A stretch of 64,000 nt of DNA from the human T2T-CHM13v2.0 reference genome, Homo sapiens: NCBI RefSeq assembly GCF_009914755.1, contig NC_060946.1, one strand, 5' to 3'. Below the pieces are notes generated by a model. The model saw only the letters and a list, made by a program, of their open reading frames with translations, ran no database searches and had not been told where the DNA came from. The position numbers were made by a program, and so were the translations under genes. Shown piece by piece: positions 1 to 29,394 of this stretch. Numbering within the stretch: the first letter of the stretch is position 1; each line of letters starts with the position of its first letter.

Positions 1-347
1 TTAACTTGTTCAGCCACAAACCTGCAGCCTCCAGCTCAGTGTTAAGCCCCATGGGCCAGGTATCACATCTGAACCACCAGCACTGCCAGGCCCTTGCTAG
101 GGAGCTGGACCAGGCATTAGGACCAGGGTTTCCTCTGCCCTGCAGGGTTTTTGGATCCCACACTGGGGGAGACAGAGCATGATCTTTGGGGATTTGAGTC
201 CCAGCTCTGCCACTCACTAGCTGGGTGGCCTTGGGGAGTAGTCACTTGCCTTTATCTCACAGGACAGAGTGAGTCAAGCATACAGGATGGTGTCTGGCAC
301 ACGCAGTAGGTCAATCCACATGTGTCACCTTCAAAATCTGGGCATTA

Positions 348-657
348 GGCCGGGCGTGGTGGCTCACACCTGTAATTCCAGCTCTTTGGGAGGCCGAGGT
401 GGGCGAATCATGAGGTCAGGAGTTCAAGACCGCCTGGCGAATGTGGCAAAACCCCATCTCTACTAAAAATACAAAAAATTAGCTGGGCGTAGTGGCAGGT
501 GCCTGTAATCCCAGCTACTCGGGAGGCTGAGGCAGGAGAATCGCTTGAACCCAGGAGGCGGAGCTTGCAGCGAGCTGAGAGTGCACCACTGCCCTCCAGC
601 CTGGGCGAGAGCGAGAATCCGTCTCAAAAAAAAAAAAAAAGAAAAAGAACAAAGAAA
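348..657 (+). mobile_element. Full-length Alu with target-site duplication
   Basis: Dimeric Alu, A tail, TSD aaaatctgggcatta on both sides. Confidence 0.95.
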
Positions 658-723
658 AAAATCTGGGCATTAGAACCCAGTCCAGGTGTGTCTAACCCTG
701 TGCCCTGCTACCTTCTCCCCCAG

Positions 724-923
724 TGAGGCTGGACCGACTGTCGGAGGCAGCCAAGGTGAACACAGACGCTATGCGCTCAGCGCAGGAGGAGATAACTGAG
801 TACCGGCGTCAGCTGCAGGCCAGGACCACAGAGCTGGAGGCACTGAAAAGCACCAAGGACTCACTGGAGAGGCAGCGCTCTGAGCTGGAGGACCGTCATC
901 AGGCCGACATTGCCTCCTACCAG
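724..923 (+). CDS. NEFH: NEFH exon 2 (rod domain, coil 2)
   Basis: Acceptor ttctcccccag|TG at 723/724, donor CAG|gtgggc at 923/924; 200 nt encoding RLDRLSEAAKVNTDAMRSAQEEITEYRRQLQ...DIASYQ. Confidence 0.98.
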
Positions 924-1118
924 GTGGGCAGGGGCAAGGCAGACAGCCAGACTGCCTTACCTGATTGGGTAGCCCTGGACAAGTTACTGTCCCTCACTGA
1001 GTGGGGTTGTAGTGGTTAAGATTGTGGCCCTTGGAGTCAGACATACCAGCACTTTCCAGCTGTGTGACCCTAGGAAAGTTATCTAATTCTCTGAATCTGA
1101 GTTCCTTTCCAGCCATGA

Positions 1119-2755
<1,637 letters not shown>

Positions 2756-3075
2756 TCACTGAGCACTTTCTAAGCTCAAGATCTCTAAATGTTATCCCAT
2801 TATCCTGCCAGCCAAACCAGCAGGAACAACTGTTGACATCTGATGAATTTCATTTCAGACCTTCTCCAGTCTGAGGTCACTATACAGCAGGATTTTTGCT
2901 CCAGATTGTTCCACGTCCACTAATGAGGACCCTACAGCTCTGGCAGGGTTGGGGTTGGCCCCAGTGAGCCTGGCTGGATGGGCCTGCTCTGGGGTCGCAC
3001 AGCCCGCCGCAGCTTCTCTGGTACTGAGGGCCAGACACTGGCTGGCATGTGATGTGTGTCACCTCTCCTTCCCAG

Positions 3076-3200
3076 GAAGCCATTCAGCAGCTGGACGCTG
3101 AGCTGAGGAACACCAAGTGGGAGATGGCCGCCCAGCTGCGAGAATACCAGGACCTGCTCAATGTCAAGATGGCTCTGGATATAGAGATAGCCGCTTACAG
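3076..3200 (+). CDS. NEFH: NEFH exon 3 (end of rod, IF consensus)
   Basis: ctccttcccag|GAAGCC ... TACAG|gtgaga; 125 nt encoding [42 protein letters not shown]. Confidence 0.98.
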
Positions 3201-3369
3201 GTGAGACGCACAGGGGCTGTCACATGGTGAAGAAAGCTTGTGTTCCTACGAGACGCTAAGCCTTGGGTTTCAAGACCCCGTTTAGGCAGCCTACCTGTCT
3301 TAGGGACAAAATTCTTTTTAAATTGCGGCAAAATAGACAAAACATACAATTTACCATTGAACCAATTTC

Positions 3370-5754
<2,385 letters not shown>

Positions 5755-6201
5755 GTGGAATTGTTTGCTCAGGCTCCCAGGGTTCTCTTGAATAATATTT
5801 TAGTTTGAGGGACAATAAATTTAACTTTTGTTAAATTTATTTAGGAGCTTTCTCTTGAGGGCCATTTTTTATGGGGCAAAAGTTGTTTTATTTCAAAAGT
5901 TTCAGGCTTAGCTGTGTTGAAGAAGACCAGCTGTTCCAGCCTGGGCAACACAGTGAGACCCTCTCAAAAACAACAACATCAACAAAAAAAGACCAGTCCC
6001 ACCGGGGTACACATTCTGGGTGGTCACTGGAATGATTTGCCAAGTGACTTTCTCTAGTCTCATAATGCCCACCATTCACATTCCTGTTCCACCAAAACCC
6101 ATATCATTCGATGTCAGTGACCTTCAGGATAGTCTAGGAAGAACCCAAATAGTGAATTTGCCCTGAGTTTATACTAATGTGTTCCGTGATCCATCCTGCA
6201 G

Positions 6202-8074
6202 AAAACTCCTGGAAGGTGAAGAGTGTCGGATTGGCTTTGGCCCAATTCCTTTCTCGCTTCCAGAAGGACTCCCCAAAATTCCCTCTGTGTCCACTCACAT
6301 AAAGGTGAAAAGCGAAGAGAAGATCAAAGTGGTGGAGAAGTCTGAGAAAGAAACTGTGATTGTGGAGGAACAGACAGAGAAGACCCAAGTGACTGAAGAA
6401 GTGACTGAAGAAGAGGAGAAAGAGGCCAAAGAGGAGGAGGGCAAGGAGGAAGAAGGGGGTGAAGAAGAGGAGGCAGAAGGGGGAGAAGAAGAAACAAAGT
6501 CTCCCCCAGCAGAAGAGGCTGCATCCCCAGAGAAGGAAGCCAAGTCACCAGTAAAGGAAGAGGCAAAGTCACCGGCTGAGGCCAAGTCCCCAGAGAAGGA
6601 GGAAGCAAAATCCCCAGCCGAAGTCAAGTCCCCTGAGAAGGCCAAGTCTCCAGCAAAGGAAGAGGCAAAGTCACCGCCTGAGGCCAAGTCCCCAGAGAAG
6701 GAGGAAGCAAAATCTCCAGCTGAGGTCAAGTCCCCCGAGAAGGCCAAGTCCCCAGCAAAGGAAGAGGCAAAGTCACCGGCTGAGGCCAAGTCTCCAGAGA
6801 AGGCCAAGTCCCCAGTGAAGGAAGAAGCAAAGTCACCGGCTGAGGCCAAGTCCCCAGTGAAGGAAGAAGCAAAATCTCCAGCTGAGGTCAAGTCCCCGGA
6901 AAAGGCCAAGTCTCCAACGAAGGAGGAAGCAAAGTCCCCTGAGAAGGCCAAGTCCCCTGAGAAGGCCAAGTCCCCAGAGAAGGAAGAGGCCAAGTCCCCT
7001 GAGAAGGCCAAGTCCCCAGTGAAGGCAGAAGCAAAGTCCCCTGAGAAGGCCAAGTCCCCAGTGAAGGCAGAAGCAAAGTCCCCTGAGAAGGCCAAGTCCC
7101 CAGTGAAGGAAGAAGCAAAGTCCCCTGAGAAGGCCAAGTCCCCAGTGAAGGAAGAAGCAAAGTCCCCTGAGAAGGCCAAGTCCCCAGTGAAGGAAGAAGC
7201 AAAGACCCCCGAGAAGGCCAAGTCCCCAGTGAAGGAAGAAGCCAAGTCCCCAGAGAAGGCCAAGTCCCCAGAGAAGGCCAAGACTCTTGATGTGAAGTCT
7301 CCAGAAGCCAAGACTCCAGCGAAGGAGGAAGCAAGGTCCCCTGCAGACAAATTCCCTGAAAAGGCCAAAAGCCCTGTCAAGGAGGAGGTCAAGTCCCCAG
7401 AGAAGGCGAAATCTCCCCTGAAGGAGGATGCCAAGGCCCCTGAGAAGGAGATCCCAAAAAAGGAAGAGGTGAAGTCCCCAGTGAAGGAGGAGGAGAAGCC
7501 CCAGGAGGTGAAAGTCAAAGAGCCCCCAAAGAAGGCAGAGGAAGAGAAAGCCCCTGCCACACCAAAAACAGAGGAGAAGAAGGACAGCAAGAAAGAGGAG
7601 GCACCCAAGAAGGAGGCTCCAAAGCCCAAGGTGGAGGAGAAGAAGGAACCTGCTGTCGAAAAGCCCAAAGAATCCAAAGTTGAAGCCAAGAAGGAAGAGG
7701 CTGAAGATAAGAAAAAAGTCCCCACCCCAGAGAAGGAGGCTCCTGCCAAGGTGGAGGTGAAGGAAGACGCTAAACCCAAAGAAAAGACAGAGGTGGCCAA
7801 GAAGGAACCAGATGATGCCAAGGCCAAGGAACCCAGCAAACCAGCAGAGAAGAAGGAGGCAGCACCGGAGAAAAAAGACACCAAGGAGGAGAAGGCCAAG
7901 AAGCCTGAGGAGAAACCCAAGACAGAGGCCAAAGCCAAGGAAGATGACAAGACCCTCTCAAAAGAGCCTAGCAAGCCTAAGGCAGAAAAGGCTGAAAAAT
8001 CCTCCAGCACAGACCAAAAAGACAGCAAGCCTCCAGAGAAGGCCACAGAAGACAAGGCCGCCAAGGGGAAGTAA
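6202..8074 (+). CDS. NEFH: NEFH exon 4 coding part (KLLEGEE motif, E-rich segment, KSP repeats, KEP tail)
   Basis: Acceptor ccatcctgcag|AAAACTC at 6201/6202 completes YR-KLLEGEE; open frame to TAA at 8072-8074 (...KAAKGK*). Confidence 0.99.
6497..7480 (+). repeat. NEFH: Coding KSP phosphorylation-repeat array (18/24/42-bp units)
   Basis: Hand count: 41 exact KSP plus ASP, 2 KTP and RSP = 45 motifs; near-perfect 42-bp units at about 6992-7201. Confidence 0.95.
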
Positions 8075-8632
8075 GGCAGGGAGAAAGGAACATCCGGAAC
8101 AGCCAAAGAAACTCAGAAGAGTCCCGGAGCTCAAGGATCAGAGTAACACAATTTTCACTTTTTCTGTCTTTATGTAAGAAGAAACTGCTTAGATGACGGG
8201 GCCTCCTTCTTCAAACAGGAATTTCTGTTAGCAATATGTTAGCAAGAGAGGGCACTCCCAGGCCCCTGCCCCCATGCCCTCCCCAGGCGATGGACAATTA
8301 TGATAGCTTATGTAGCTGAATGTGATACATGCCGAATGCCACACGTAAACACTTGACTATAAAAACTGCCCCCCTCCTTTCCAAATAAGTGCATTTATTG
8401 CCTCTATGTGCAACTGACAGATGACCGCAATAATGAATGAGCAGTTAGAAATACATTATGCTTGAGATGTCTTAACCTATTCCCAAATGCCTTCTGTTTT
8501 CCAAAGGAGTGGTCAAGCCCTTGCCCAGAGCTCTCTATTCTGGAAGAGCGGTCCAGGTGGGGCCGGGCACTGGCCACTGAATTATGCCAGGGCGCACTTT
8601 CCACTGGAGTTCACTTTCAATTGCTTCTGTGC

Positions 8633-8683
8633 AATAAAACCAAGTGCTTATAAAATGAAAATGTTGCTGCTGTTATTCTCTTT
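8633..8683 (+). terminator. NEFH: NEFH poly(A) signal and downstream U/GU-rich element
   Basis: AATAAA at 8633-8638; tgttgctgctgttattctcttt at 8662-8683. Confidence 0.85.
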
Positions 8684-8952
8684 CCCTGGGAAGGCTGGGG
8701 GCAGGGCAGGGGAGGTCTGGATGTGACACCCCAGACTGCATGGGACTGAGCAAGCATCAGTTCCCTCGTGGGTCTAGAGCGACTTGCATGGTCTCTCTAG
8801 TGCTGTTTCCTGGGCACAAACCATGTGCCAGGCAGTGTGCTAGGGGCTTTATTTTTATGATCTGTACAGGTGGCCTGGTATGTGGTTTCTCAGTGTGGAC
8901 TGTGGACTGTCTTCAGCAGCATCACCTGGGAGTATTATAAAAATGCACGCTT

Positions 8953-11167
<2,215 letters not shown>

Positions 11168-11874
11168 TAGTAAATGATAGTGCCAGAATCTGAATCCAAA
11201 ACTTAACTCCAGAGTCCATGTTTTCTGTACTACCATGCCATAGAATCCTGAGCAAGCTGCATTGGTTTAATTTTGGTCATCAAATAACTGCTATGTCAGG
11301 TGTCAACTGTCCTAATTCACCTGGGATATAGGAGTTTCCCAAGATATAGGACTTTTAGTGTTAAAACCAGGAAAGTCCTGGGCAAATGGGGATGAATTGT
11401 TCCCCCTAATGTTTGGGCAGCCATTCTAGCACATTTCAGAATATTGCATATGACAAAACCTAATGGCAACATTCAAGGGCTGAAGTGAAGTCACTGGACT
11501 CAGTCACTTCTTGGCTCTCAGGTCTGTTTCTCTCAGTATTGGCTTTTGTGATAGGCTTCCTCTAAAATGGCTCCAATGGCCAAGTGCCTATTATCCCAGC
11601 ACTTTGGGAAGCTGAGGCAGGAGGATTGTGTGAGGCCAGGAGTTTGAATCCAGCCTGGGCAACAAAGCCCCTGTCTACCAAAAATTAAACAAACAAACTA
11701 CTGGGCATGGTGGTGCATGCCTGTAGTTTTAGCTACTTGGGAGGCTGAGGCAGGAGGATTGCTTGAGCCCAGGAGTTCAAGGTTACAGTGAGCTATGATT
11801 GCTACCACTGTACTCCAGCCTGGGTGACAGAGTAAAACCCTGTCTCTAAGAGATAAATTAAAAATTAATAAAAT

Positions 11875-12385
11875 TGTTCCCAACAATTCCCACCTCCTGT
11901 TATTCATGCTGTTTTGTAATCCCCTCCCCTTCAATGTAGGCCTGACCTAGTAATTCGTTCTAATGACTAGCATATGGCAAAGTGGTGGAATGTCATTTCC
12001 GTGAGTAGTTTACAAGAAGATTCTGGCTTCTGTTTTGCTTGCTCTCACTCTGATGGAAGCCAGCTACGATGTTGAGAGTTGCCCTAAGGAGAGGCCTACA
12101 TGGTAAGGAACTGAAGGAAGCCTTTGGCCAATAGCCAGTAAGGAACTGAGGTCCTAAATTCAGTGAGAAACTGAATTCTACTAATAACCACATGAGTGAG
12201 AATGGAAGCAGATCCTCCCCAGTTGAGCCATCAAATGAGACTGCAGCCCCATCCAACACCCTGATTGCAGCCTTATGAGAGGCTTTAAGGAAGAGCCACC
12301 CAGCTAAGCTGTGCCTGGATATAAATGTTTGTTGTTTGAAGTCACCAAGTTTTCGGGTAATTTGTTACACAGAAATAGATGTAAC
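11875..12385 (+). mobile_element. MLT1 (MLT1F-like) MaLR solo LTR
   Basis: Motifs atggtaaggaactga, aaccacatgagtgag, cccagctaagctgtgcc, ggtaatttgttacacag. Confidence 0.7.
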
Positions 12386-12761
12386 GAAGCTTCTCTTTCA
12401 GAAAGGCCTTCTCTTCATGGAGATCCTCAGCTATGATAGGCTTATATTATTCCAGGTACAAATCACAGGAAAGAGATTCTGTTCCTACCAGTTCAAATCA
12501 AAGTGTGAGAAGTGAGTCTCAGTGGAAGACTGGGTCATGCACCCATCCTGAAATTAATTACTGTGGCCAGGGAGGATGGAACACACTGACTGGACCTGCT
12601 GGGTCACATACCCAACTCTAGATCCAGGGATGGAGTCAGCCCATCTGAACCTATCTCAACCACATAAACTAGACCTGACATTTCAGAACCCAAGGATAGA
12701 GAGAATCCTAAGAGCTTCCAGAGAGAGAGAAGAAAAAGCAGGGTCAAGAATCAAATGGCAC

Positions 12762-20600
<7,839 letters not shown>

Positions 20601-20960
20601 TTCATTTAAATAGGACAGTGAATGTAAAAGTGTGATTAGCACAGGGCCTGACCCAAAATAGATGCTTAATGCCTATTCTCATCAGAGACACTGCTGAACG
20701 CCATAGAAAGGACAGAGTCGGCTACACCGACAGGGACAAAGTTCCTTTGGAAGTCTGGCAGCCCTGCTCCTTCCTAGGGATAGAGTTTTGCTTAGCTTTG
20801 CGGAGTGATCAGCAAGAACACCCTTAAGTTTATGAAAAGAGTCTGTGGAGTTATTTGCAGAGAAAATAGTAAGGGATAAGCTAGGAAGAAAATAAGGGAG
20901 AAACTAGAAGATACCAATAAATCAGGAATGTGGACGGCAGCTTTAAAAAGGCAAGGAACA

Positions 20961-25291
<4,331 letters not shown>

Positions 25292-25582
25292 AGTTTGTCT
25301 TCTGTTTGCACTGCACTGTCAGACATTTATAACATCCAACGATCAGAGACAATTTGTCCATCGGCAACCCTGACAGGACTAATGGGAAGAGCGGGTGGGG
25401 AGGGAAGAGTTTTGCTTTTTGTGCTCTGCTGCCTTTGGCTTCTCCTACCACCTCTTAACAGCAGGAACTTGGGATAATAAATACAAGATCATGAGGACCT
25501 CACCCCGCAAAGCACAAATAGGGTGTGCGTAGACAAGAGGTGAGCATCTCTCTGCAGAATTGGAATCTTTTTCCACTCTGCT

Positions 25583-25614
25583 TTTATTGGCTGCTGAGAA
25601 AAAGTCTCTCTACA
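25583..25614 (-). terminator. THOC5: THOC5 proximal poly(A) signal with upstream UGUA
   Basis: AATAAA on minus at 25588-25583, about 240 nt after the stop; TGTA at 25614-25611. Confidence 0.75.
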
Positions 25615-25830
25615 AATGCTTTTTCACACTGTGTCACAGCTCCCACCTGCCCTTCCAGACTGCAAAGCCACCTTGCCAGGAACCACAGACAAAGGCCACT
25701 GGTCAGGTGACGCTTTTTAATTGGCTGGTGTCTTTGGAAAATATCAAGAGTCACATGTGGGCCAGAGCAGAAAGCAGAAGCCCAGTGCTCAGGGTGAGGC
25801 CTTGGGGGAAACAACGGTCTGCGCGGGAGA

Positions 25831-25894
25831 TCAGCGATGGCTGAAGAATCCCTGAGGATGGTTGTATTTAAATGGCTTCATCCTGCTAGGACCC
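25831..25894 (-). CDS. THOC5: THOC5 last coding exon (aa 663-683, stop)
   Basis: ctag|G GGT...; [23 protein letters not shown]. All 18 exons sum to 1956 nt = 651 codons + stop. Confidence 0.97.
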
Positions 25895-26166
25895 CTAGAG
25901 AAATAGGAGAACGGAGTTGTTAATAACACACCTTCTAGGCTGATAAAATAAATTATGGTTCATTCACACAAGGGAAAAAGAAGAGGCAGAGTTACATGAC
26001 ACAGAATGTTGTTGAGAAAAGCATACGGCAGAACAACATATAAGGTGCGATACTATTTTTGTAAAAATGTCTTTTTGTGCTTGCAAATGAGTGAACACAA
26101 ACTTGGAAAGGCCCTCACTGACAGTGGCACTTCGGGGACATAGCTTTAGGCACCCTCACTTTTTAG

Positions 26167-26340
<174 letters not shown>

Positions 26341-26982
26341 TGAGGTTTAGTTTAGGTTTTGCCATGTTGGCCAGGCTGGTGGAACTCCTGGCCTCAGGTC
26401 TCTTGCTGCCCATGCCAGCACTCTGCATCCTGGCCGGAGAGCCTTGCCTCTCACATCTACCGGCCATAGAGTTAACTGGATCTGAGTCACTGAAGGAGCA
26501 CCTTCCCAGAATGCTGACAGAGGAGCTCAGCCTGGAGACACAACAAAGCCCTTCAAGAATGGGGTCCTTTGGCCGGGAGGTGGAGGTTGCAGTGAGCCGA
26601 GATCATGCTACTACACTCCAGCCTGGGCGACAGAGTGAGACTCTGTCTCAAAAAAAAAAAAAAAAAGAAAAAAGAAAAAGAAATGGGTCCTTTGGGAACC
26701 ACTGGAGAAGAGGAAATCAATGCTGGCCATGTGAGAATTCCCACCCTGGCAATGTGCTAGAATGGGCTGGGCAGGTGAGAAGAGCAGAGGTCTCACACAA
26801 GCCCTCTAGGGAGAGAGCAAGTCCTAGAAGGTGCCAGCATCTGGCCACCAGCTCCACCTCCCAGCAGCCACTCAGAGCTGGAACTGGTTATTATGAGATA
26901 ACATAATGAACCAGGCCAGTGGAGGTGTCAGATGAGGTGAAAGGATGCTGGGACTGCTTCTAGGGGCTAGAACTGGCTGTCT

Positions 26983-27332
26983 GAGAACAAGGTGAGGGAG
27001 AGGTAAGGCACTGTTTAGACTGACAGGGAACAGAGAACAAGGTGAGGGAGAGGTAAGGCACTGCTTAGACTGACAGGGAACAGAGAACAAGGTAAGGGAG
27101 AGGTAAGGCACTGCTTAGACTGACAGGGAACAGAGAACAAGGTGAGGGAGAGGTAAGGCACTGCTTAGACTGACAGGGAACAGAGAACAAGGTGAGGGAG
27201 AGGTAAGGCACTGCTTAGACTGACAGGGAACAGAGAACAAGGTGAGGGAGAGGTAAGGCACTGCTTAGACTGACAGGGAACAGAGAACAAGGTGAGGGAG
27301 AGATAAGGCACTGTGTAGACTGACAGGGAACA
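26983..27332. repeat. 50-bp minisatellite/VNTR, 7 copies, in THOC5 last intron
   Basis: Unit gagaacaaggtgagggagaggtaaggcactgcttagactgacagggaaca, exact 50-bp period, 0-2 substitutions per copy. Confidence 0.98.
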
Positions 27333-28479
27333 AGGGGGGATGTTCTGATTAGAAACAGATTATCACTCTTCTTCCTTCCCAAACACTGCTCCCCGCCAAC
27401 CTCATGCAGAAGGGAAGGGATGCCTGAGCAGTGAAATCTGCAGTTTTGAAACTGACTCTTAAAAGAACATGAGTTAGAGGCTGAAAGGGAAATAAAGGAC
27501 CCAAAATGAAAGAGAAAGGAAAAGTAGCTGGAAGTGCCATGAGCCCAGACACTCTTGAGTACCAAGCTGTCAGGAACTGCTGGCATTTTCCGAGTCCCAG
27601 TCCTGTGCCAGGACTTTATATGAATTACTTCTGCTTCATCATGAGCTAGAAGGTATTACTTTCACCATTTCTGTCTTTAGAAAATAGGGGTCAGGCACAA
27701 TGGCTCATGCCTGTAATCCCAGCACTTTGGGAGGCTGAGACAAGCTGATCACTTGAGCCTAGGAGTTTGAGACCAGCCTGGCTAATATGGTGAAACCCCA
27801 TCTCTACAAAAAAATTTAAAAATTAGTTGCGTGTGGCGGTGCATGTCTGTGGTCCCAGCTACTAGGGAGGCTGAGGCGGAAGGATCGTTTGAGCTCCAGA
27901 GGTCAAGACTGCAAGGCTACAGTGGGCTATGATCATGCTGCTGCACTCCAGTCTGGGCAAGAGAGTAAGACCGTGTCTCAAAGAAAAGGAAACAAACAAA
28001 CAAAAAGCTGGAGGAGGGCTCAGAGCTAAGCAGAACTGACTCTTCTAAGGTCAGCAGCAAAACAGAGATCTGCACTCCTATCTGTTTTACTTTGAAGCTG
28101 GTTCCTTCTGTGCCACCTGACTGCCTAAGCTGTGATTCTCACTGACAGGACAGTACCCTAGAAAGACCACAGCAGACTCCCTGGGGACAGGCGAGGATGC
28201 ACACAGTTTAAAAAGCTTATTTGGACACTAAAAAGCAAACAAACTCTATTGTTTTCCACAGAAAGTATAGAAAATAAAGTTCAGCCAAATCCTCTTGGCT
28301 CAGACCTGGCACTAACACCTTCAGGAGGTGTTAGTGAAAAACAGGTGGACCAGAGTGATAGGCATCGGCTGCAGGGGAAGTTTCAGGAAGGAAGAAGCAA
28401 GCTCTCCCCAGAAAATCTGGCTCTGATCTCTGTCCCACATCACCATGAGAAGTCACCAGAGCCCCAACCCTCTCCTCAC

Positions 28480-28670
28480 CTGAAGAGCCGCAGACACATC
28501 TTCTCCTGGGGAAATTCCTTGGGCCCCTCCACACTGTCGTCATGGCTCTCGGTCTCCAGGTAAACATCCAGCAGCACACACAGCCGCTGCAGCTGGTTGG
28601 TCAACAGCTGGTGGCTGGGCCAAGGGCCACACAGCTCCTTGTAGCACACATTGACTTCGCCCTCCATGGC
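28480..28670 (-). CDS. THOC5: THOC5 exon 19 (aa 600-663)
   Basis: 191 nt, [23 protein letters not shown]...EKMCLRLF+AG|gtgagg. Confidence 0.97.
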
Positions 28671-29001
28671 CTGTGTGATAGGAAAGCCAGCATCTCAGCA
28701 CTACCTTCCTGCATGTGGGGGACCACACTGGCCAGGCTTCCGTCCCTGGATGGGCCCGAGCGCTGATGCCTCTGCAGGGGCTGGGTCAGGGGCTAGGCCA
28801 TCAGATCAAGCTAGACTGGCTTGTCCTCAGGCCCCCTCATCAAGACAATGAGGTCTTCCTGATTCTGACCCATAGCTTTCCCTGCCTCATATGCCCACAG
28901 CCAGGAAAACAGAGGTGTGCAGGGAAGCAGTCTCAAAATAAGACCTAAGTCAGAAGATGTTGGTTAAAAACGTGTTCCATGGCATGTTTGACTTAGTAGC
29001 A

Positions 29002-29061
29002 GCAATGCTGATTAACAACTGCAATGCTGATTAACAGCTGCAATGCTGATTAACAACTGCA
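29002..29061. repeat. 19-bp tandem repeat, about 3 copies
   Basis: gcaatgctgattaaca(a/g)ct at 29002, 29021, 29040. Confidence 0.95.
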
Positions 29062-29394
29062 GTGATGTCATTCCTCATGTCATTCCAGTGCTTCTATAAT
29101 GCTTCAGAGCTTATTCACATTTTTTATAGGAGCCCAAGCCAATAACCTTTCAAGGTAGGTATTTCTCCTTACTCTCTAAGTGGGGAAACCTGTGGACCCC
29201 AAGGTAGGCAAGTAGGTCTGGGCTCTTTCCTCTAGTACACCACACAAGCTCCAGCAAATTCTGCAAATCCTGGCACAACCTTCTGTTTTGGGAATTAAGG
29301 CAGTGCCCAAGTCCTCAGCTGCAGTGGGTTCTGCCACGGCCACCTCCCCCGGGAGCTCTGCCTGCTCCTCCTGTCATCCCCAGCTGGGTCTTAC

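Noticed and set aside
6179-6201. ORF-track start MFRDPSC upstream of NEFH exon 4
   Set aside because: Intronic ATG in frame by chance; the exon begins at the AG at 6200-6201.
6295-8106. 603-aa antisense ORF opposite NEFH exon 4
   Set aside because: Shadow ORF. Stops in this frame need a Tyr codon, or Gln/His after a T-ending codon, on the sense strand, and the K/E/S/P/A tail nearly lacks these. The product is a low-complexity mirror sequence.
26983-27332. Regular repeat array resembling CRISPR
   Set aside because: Head-to-tail units with no unique spacers, human intron, no cas genes; it is a minisatellite.
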